A stretch of 64,000 bases of DNA. It comes from Eubacteriales bacterium. Its GTDB lineage: Bacteria > Bacillota > Clostridia > Oscillospirales > CAG-272. Location of the stretch: positions 59,580 through 123,579 of the forward strand of contig JAZNGE010000040.1 in assembly GCA_045576315.1 (NCBI GenBank). The letters are read 5' to 3'. Below the pieces are notes generated by a model. That model made no database searches, was not told the DNA's origin, and saw only the letters and a list, made by a program, of their open reading frames with translations. The number at the start of each line of letters is the position of its first letter. Positions within the stretch are counted from its first letter, which is position 1. This document shows, in pieces, positions 59,830 to 64,000 of this stretch. The position numbers were made by a program, and so were the translations under genes.

Positions 59830-59859
59830 CTTTTAAGACCATAAGGAGGTGCAATTCAA

Positions 59860-60228
59860 ATGGAAAAGAAGATTTGTTCTTATGAAACTCTCTTCGCTGT
59901 AAGCGGCAACCTTGTTGAAGAGGATTGCAAGGCACTCGTTGAGAAGTTCGTAAACCTCGTTAAGGACAACGCAAGCGACGTTGTTGTAAACGAGTGGGGC
60001 AAGCGCAGATTCGCGTATCCTATCAACTACGTAACCGAAGGATACTACGTTCTCGTTTCCTTTAAGAGCGAACCCAGCTTCCCTCTTGAGCTTAACCGTG
60101 TGTTCGGTATCACCGAAGGCGTTCTTCGCTACATGACCACCGTTAAGGCTGAGAAGGCAGCTAAGGCTGAGCCCGCAGCAGAGACTGTTGAGGCAGAGGC
60201 TACCGTTGAAGCTAACGTAGAAGCTTAA
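59860..60228 (+). CDS. rpsF: 30S ribosomal protein S6
   Basis: 122 aa. YETLFAV..., EWGKRRFAYPI, with an acidic/Ala-rich C-terminal tail. Confidence 0.95.
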   Translation: MEKKICSYETLFAVSGNLVEEDCKALVEKFVNLVKDNASDVVVNEWGKRRFAYPINYVTEGYYVLVSFKSEPSFPLELNRVFGITEGVLRYMTTVKAEKAAKAEPAAETVEAEATVEANVEA

Positions 60229-60261
60229 TTATTTTAACTGATAAACACAGGAGGCGGAACA

Positions 60262-60723
60262 ATGGCAAGTTTTAATAAGGTTATCCTTATCGGAAATATG
60301 ACGGCTGATCCCGAATTGAAGCAGACCGGTACCGGACTTTCGGTATGCTCCTTCTCTATCGCAGTAAATCGCCGTTTCAACAAAGCCGATCAGGGTCAGC
60401 AGAATGTTGACTTCATTAACATCGTTACTTGGAGACAGCAGGCTGAATTTGTCAGCCGCTACTTCAAAAAGGGCAATCCCATCCTTATCTGCGGTCAGCT
60501 CCAGACAAGAAGCTGGACAGATAATCAGGGTCAGAAGAGATATGCAACCGAGGTTCAGGCAGACGAGGTTTCCTTCGTGGCATCCGCCGCACAGACCGGT
60601 GCTGCTCCCTCTGCTCCCATGGGCTCTACCTACACTCCCGAAGCATACGGTGCTCCCGCATTCAGCTCGACACCCGGTGCTAACTTTGAGGAAATTCCCA
60701 ACGACGGTGATCTTCCCTTCTAA
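60262..60723 (+). CDS. ssb: single-stranded DNA-binding protein
   Basis: 153 aa. NKVILIGNMTADPELK OB fold and C-terminal acidic tip DGDLPF. Confidence 0.96.
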   Translation: MASFNKVILIGNMTADPELKQTGTGLSVCSFSIAVNRRFNKADQGQQNVDFINIVTWRQQAEFVSRYFKKGNPILICGQLQTRSWTDNQGQKRYATEVQADEVSFVASAAQTGAAPSAPMGSTYTPEAYGAPAFSSTPGANFEEIPNDGDLPF

Positions 60724-60810
60724 TTGAACGGAAGCCGTCCTCGTCCCTTTGGCTCACAACGGACGAGCAATATAGAAAACGTGAGTCGGAAAGGTTTATG
60801 GACTATTCAA

Positions 60811-61059
60811 ATGGATAGAAACGATACTCAGCGCCCCTTCCGCCCTGTTCACAGAAGAAAGAAGGTTTGCATCTTCTGTCAGGATAAGGTTGAGGCTATC
60901 GATTACAAGGACGTTGCAAAGCTCAGAAAGTTCATTTCCGAGAGAGCAAAGATCCTTCCCAGACGCGTATCCGGTACCTGCGCTCTTCACCAGAGAGAGC
61001 TCACTACCGCTATCAAGAGAGCAAGACAGATGGCTCTTCTTCCCTACGTGTCCAACTAA
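60811..61059 (+). CDS. rpsR: 30S ribosomal protein S18
   Basis: Start at ATG 60811 ([23 protein letters not shown]). [26 protein letters not shown]. The track start at 60724 is over-extended. Confidence 0.94.
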   Translation: MDRNDTQRPFRPVHRRKKVCIFCQDKVEAIDYKDVAKLRKFISERAKILPRRVSGTCALHQRELTTAIKRARQMALLPYVSN

Positions 61060-61070
61060 TTAAAATGCAA

Positions 61071-61099
61071 AGCGCTCCGCAAACGCGGAGCGCTTTTTT
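61071..61099. terminator. terminator after rpsR (shared with the convergent AraC gene)
   Basis: AGCGCTCCGC-aaa-GCGGAGCGCT perfect 10-bp stem followed by TTTTTT. Confidence 0.85.
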
Positions 61100-61880
61100 A
61101 CGCTTTCTTTGACAAATATGAGGACGGGGTCCTGCCCGTTACCCTCTTAAAGACAGTGGAAAAATATTTTGCAGATTCAAAGCCGGACAGCTCCGCGACC
61201 TGCTCCACGGAATAGTATCCGGATTCAAGCAGGGCGATGGCGCGGCGAATGCGCAGGGAAATCAAATATTCCTTGGGAGATGCGCCCATTTCATTATGAA
61301 AAACACGGCGGAAATAAGAAACGCAATACCCCGCTTCGGCGGCTAATGCTTCTATTGAGAACGACGGATTCGAAACGTTTTCGTGTATTACGTTGACCGA
61401 ATGCTGAATTCTCCACTCTAATGAATCGGTATGCATTTCTATTGATTGGCGCTCGATCTGCTCAAGTATCGACAGGAAGAGCGAATCCATACGATAGACG
61501 TATCCGCACGGACGGTTTTGCCAGGTTAAAAGAAGCTTGTCAAACAAACGCGCGATCGCCTCGGGATTTGTTGAGTGAATATTCATTATCGGGTGCGCCG
61601 TTTGGAATGCCGCCTTAAAGTGTATTACGACGACCTCCTCATCGCTTAACGTGTTGATATTGTAATCATACCCCTCGGGAACAAAGGTTATATCGTTTTT
61701 GTTTAAACGAATACGGTCGTCTCCTTTAACGACCTCCGCTTTTCCGTGGATACGGAGTATCAACGCGTGGTAGGGTCTTGGTGGCGAATATCTACAAGAT
61801 ATCGGGAAGCCGATGCGCAAGACCGAAAGTATTTTAAAATCAAACCGTTCACTATTAAACATATCAACAGTATACAACAT
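61098..61880 (-). CDS. AraC family transcriptional regulator
   Basis: 260 aa. Cupin-like N-terminus and C-terminal HTH GFESAKYFSTVFKRVTGRTPSSY. Divergent from the 62008 gene. Confidence 0.9.
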   Translation of the reverse strand: MLYTVDMFNSERFDFKILSVLRIGFPISCRYSPPRPYHALILRIHGKAEVVKGDDRIRLNKNDITFVPEGYDYNINTLSDEEVVVIHFKAAFQTAHPIMNIHSTNPEAIARLFDKLLLTWQNRPCGYVYRMDSLFLSILEQIERQSIEMHTDSLEWRIQHSVNVIHENVSNPSFSIEALAAEAGYCVSYFRRVFHNEMGASPKEYLISLRIRRAIALLESGYYSVEQVAELSGFESAKYFSTVFKRVTGRTPSSYLSKKA

Positions 61881-62007
61881 ATTTTTGCCTTTGTCAACAG
61901 TAAAACAGTAGCGAAAAGTGAACCCTTTATGATTATATTGCGGTTGTGCGTTTTTCTGCCTGTTGATATAATTAAATTGTAATTATATTAAAAAGGAGTT
62001 ATCACGT

Positions 62008-63333
62008 ATGAAAAACATGATTTTAAAGCCTACTTCGTCAGTAAATGTACAGGGTTGGAAGAAAATCGACCTGTCGGGAGAGATCACAACGAATATCTCG
62101 TCCCGCAAGTACGATTATTTGCTTTCCTTGCTCTCTCTCGGAAAGGCAAACTATGTAGCGAAAAACGGACTTTTCTTTATTTGCATCGGTGATGTGGACG
62201 CTTGTGCTGAATGTGGCGAAAACGAAACCGTGATCCGTATAACCGAAAAAGGTATAGCGGTAATCGGACAGAACGAGGACGCTGTTTCAAACGGTGTAAA
62301 GATGCTTATCGATATGAAGCGCGTAGCTCCCGGTGAGTGTGAGTATCCCGTTGGAGAATTCCGTTACACCCCCAAGATGAGCTTCAGAGGCGTTCATATG
62401 TGCATTTTCAAGCCTAATGACGGTACTGAAAAGGACGACACCTACGTAGCTGACGTTCGCCGCCGCACACAGCTGGCTGCACTTTGCGGTTACAACTACA
62501 TATCCTATGAATTCTGGGGAATGTTCCCCTACGAGAAGCGCGAGTACGCGCATTGGCCGAACGCATGGAGCCGCGAGGATACCGAGGGACTTATATCCTT
62601 CGCAATAGACGATCTTCATATAATCCCCTTCCCCACGCAGAACCTTACCAGCCACGCAGGCTGGAGCCGTATTACCTCACGCCAGCACGTTGTACTTGAT
62701 CAGCGCCCCGACCTTCACGAAATGTGGATACCCGGCGGCTGGTGCTTTGCTACCACCAGAGATGATACAAAGGCATATTTGCGCGATATAATCCATGATC
62801 TTGTAAAGACATACCGTAATCCTCCCTTTGTACACTGCTCTTGCGACAAGTGCTTCGGCTTCGGATCTACAGAGGAGGAGCGCACAGTACCCGCAGACGA
62901 TCTTTTCGTAAATCACCTCAACTTCCTTCACAAGGAGCTTGCAACACGCGGCGTACGCATGGCGATGTGGTCGGATATGCTCTACTCCTCCCTTGACGTA
63001 AAGTATTGGAAGTGCGACCCCTCCGTAACAGACAGACTTCCGAGCGATATACTTATGAACGTATGGACACACAAGGATATCGGAAAAGAGCACTGGCAGG
63101 ACGTTCCCTACTTTGAGAATAAGGGATTCCAGACTGTATATTCCCCCTTCCTTGACAAGACAGGTGCAAAGAATATGATCGAGCAGTGCTTCGAAAACGG
63201 ATCTCTCGGCATACTTCAGACGACCTGGCACCGCCCCGAGCTTGCGCTTCCCACCGTTGTTTACTCCGGTGCATATATGTGGTGCGGCGAAGAGCCTACC
63301 GAAGAAACCGTTAACGCAATTTTGAATAAGTAA
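62008..63333 (+). CDS. hypothetical protein, possible TIM-barrel glycosidase-like enzyme
   Basis: 441 aa. RBS AAAGGAG. Contains HCSCDKCFGF (CxCxxC followed by an aromatic residue), reminiscent of the Zn-binding Cys cluster of some GH42-like TIM barrels. The family assignment is not secure. Confidence 0.6.
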   Translation: MKNMILKPTSSVNVQGWKKIDLSGEITTNISSRKYDYLLSLLSLGKANYVAKNGLFFICIGDVDACAECGENETVIRITEKGIAVIGQNEDAVSNGVKMLIDMKRVAPGECEYPVGEFRYTPKMSFRGVHMCIFKPNDGTEKDDTYVADVRRRTQLAALCGYNYISYEFWGMFPYEKREYAHWPNAWSREDTEGLISFAIDDLHIIPFPTQNLTSHAGWSRITSRQHVVLDQRPDLHEMWIPGGWCFATTRDDTKAYLRDIIHDLVKTYRNPPFVHCSCDKCFGFGSTEEERTVPADDLFVNHLNFLHKELATRGVRMAMWSDMLYSSLDVKYWKCDPSVTDRLPSDILMNVWTHKDIGKEHWQDVPYFENKGFQTVYSPFLDKTGAKNMIEQCFENGSLGILQTTWHRPELALPTVVYSGAYMWCGEEPTEETVNAILNK

Positions 63334-63345
63334 AGGAGAGAAAAA

Positions 63346-64000
63346 ATGTCTATCAAGCATACCGCCGTAAGCTACTACGGACTTAACTACGTTGAACACG
63401 CAGAAAAGGACTTTATAGAAATGAAGGAGCACGGCTGCGACACCGTTATCCTTGCTATTACCGAGTTTGATATGGACTTCTGGTTCCCTAATATCAACAA
63501 TATCGTTAAGGCTGCGCACAAGGTTGGTCTTCGCTGTATTGCTGACACCTGGGGAATTGGTAAATACTTCGGTGGAGAGCAGGTTTCCCTCTTTCTTCAG
63601 AACAACATTCATCACAGACAGGTTTCCGCATACACCGGTGAGGTTCTCAACGCGGCTTGCTTTAACACCAACTCCTTCCGCGATTACTTCACAAATATAT
63701 GCCTGAAGCTTGCAAGAGAGACCGAGGTTGACGGCTTCTTCTGGGACGAGCCTCATTACGCATATCCCAAGGCTTACGCCTCCATAACCGGCGGCGCGGG
63801 TGACGACTGGGCATGCCGCTGTCCCGAATGTATGAAGAAGTTCGAGGACTATTACGGATATGAGATGCCTAAGTTTATGAACGACGACGTAAAGCAGTTC
63901 AGATGGAGAGAGGCGCTCAAAACTCTTGCTGATTGCTCAAAGGCGCTTAAGGAGTACAATCCCAACCTTGAGATCACCTGCTGCGTTCACGCAACCAAGA
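63346..64000 (+). CDS. hypothetical protein, possible TIM-barrel glycosidase-like enzyme (partial, runs off the window end)
   Basis: Absent from the ORF track because it has no stop in the window. ATG at 63346 with AAAGGAGAG upstream. My translation is MSIKHTAVSYYGLNYVEHAEKDFIEMKEHGCDTVILAI...FFWDEPHY...WACRCPECMKKFEDYYG. The frame stays open to position 64000. Confidence 0.6.
   Translation, partial: MSIKHTAVSYYGLNYVEHAEKDFIEMKEHGCDTVILAITEFDMDFWFPNINNIVKAAHKVGLRCIADTWGIGKYFGGEQVSLFLQNNIHHRQVSAYTGEVLNAACFNTNSFRDYFTNICLKLARETEVDGFFWDEPHYAYPKAYASITGGAGDDWACRCPECMKKFEDYYGYEMPKFMNDDVKQFRWREALKTLADCSKALKEYNPNLEITCCVHATK

Noticed and set aside
62677-63756. 359-aa minus-strand ORF.
   Set aside because: It bridges, in antisense, two plus-strand genes that have strong RBSs and ordinary protein-like composition. 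It is a shadow ORF.

Overview
This looks like a core chromosomal segment of a Firmicutes/Clostridia-type bacterium; that assignment is inferred from gene content and protein similarity only. Coding density is very high. I found no rRNA, tRNA, CRISPR array, transposase, integrase or prophage genes. Left to right the window contains: ecfT(partial)-ecfA2-ecfA1 and ruvC (minus); ruvA-ruvB (plus); rpe, ispF and ispD (minus); and a plus-strand dcw division/cell-wall cluster (mraZ-rsmH-[FtsL-slot protein]-PBP-murE-murF-mraY-ftsW-murG-ftsZ). Next comes a 580-bp gene-free region holding an iterated DnaA-box-like 12-mer, which is also where coding polarity flips. After that is a ~21-kb uninterrupted minus-strand block fusing branched-chain amino acid and histidine biosynthesis: ilvE | leuA-ilvB-ilvN-ilvC-ilvD-leuC-leuD-leuB-[DUF815 ATPase]-ilvA-ridA-hisZGDCBHAF-IE. 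Then follow an MreB-like gene, an FAD oxidoreductase, recD2, an AraC regulator, metK with a clear SAM-I riboswitch, a probable PPi-dependent phosphofructokinase and a short SOD-like gene. The most interesting locus is a minus-strand unit with its own promoter (58612 down to 51761) encoding a TerB-N/TerB-C protein, a DUF2791/BrxD-like P-loop ATPase and an Lhr-like DEAD/DEAH helicase. This is the Shango-type anti-phage architecture, whose mechanism is unknown, and here it runs straight into a SAM methyltransferase and hslO (Hsp33). The window ends with ispE, rpsF-ssb-rpsR and an AraC-controlled pair of uncharacterised glycosidase-like genes. Many long ORFs in the supplied track, including one of 1027 aa, are antisense shadows of real genes and were rejected.
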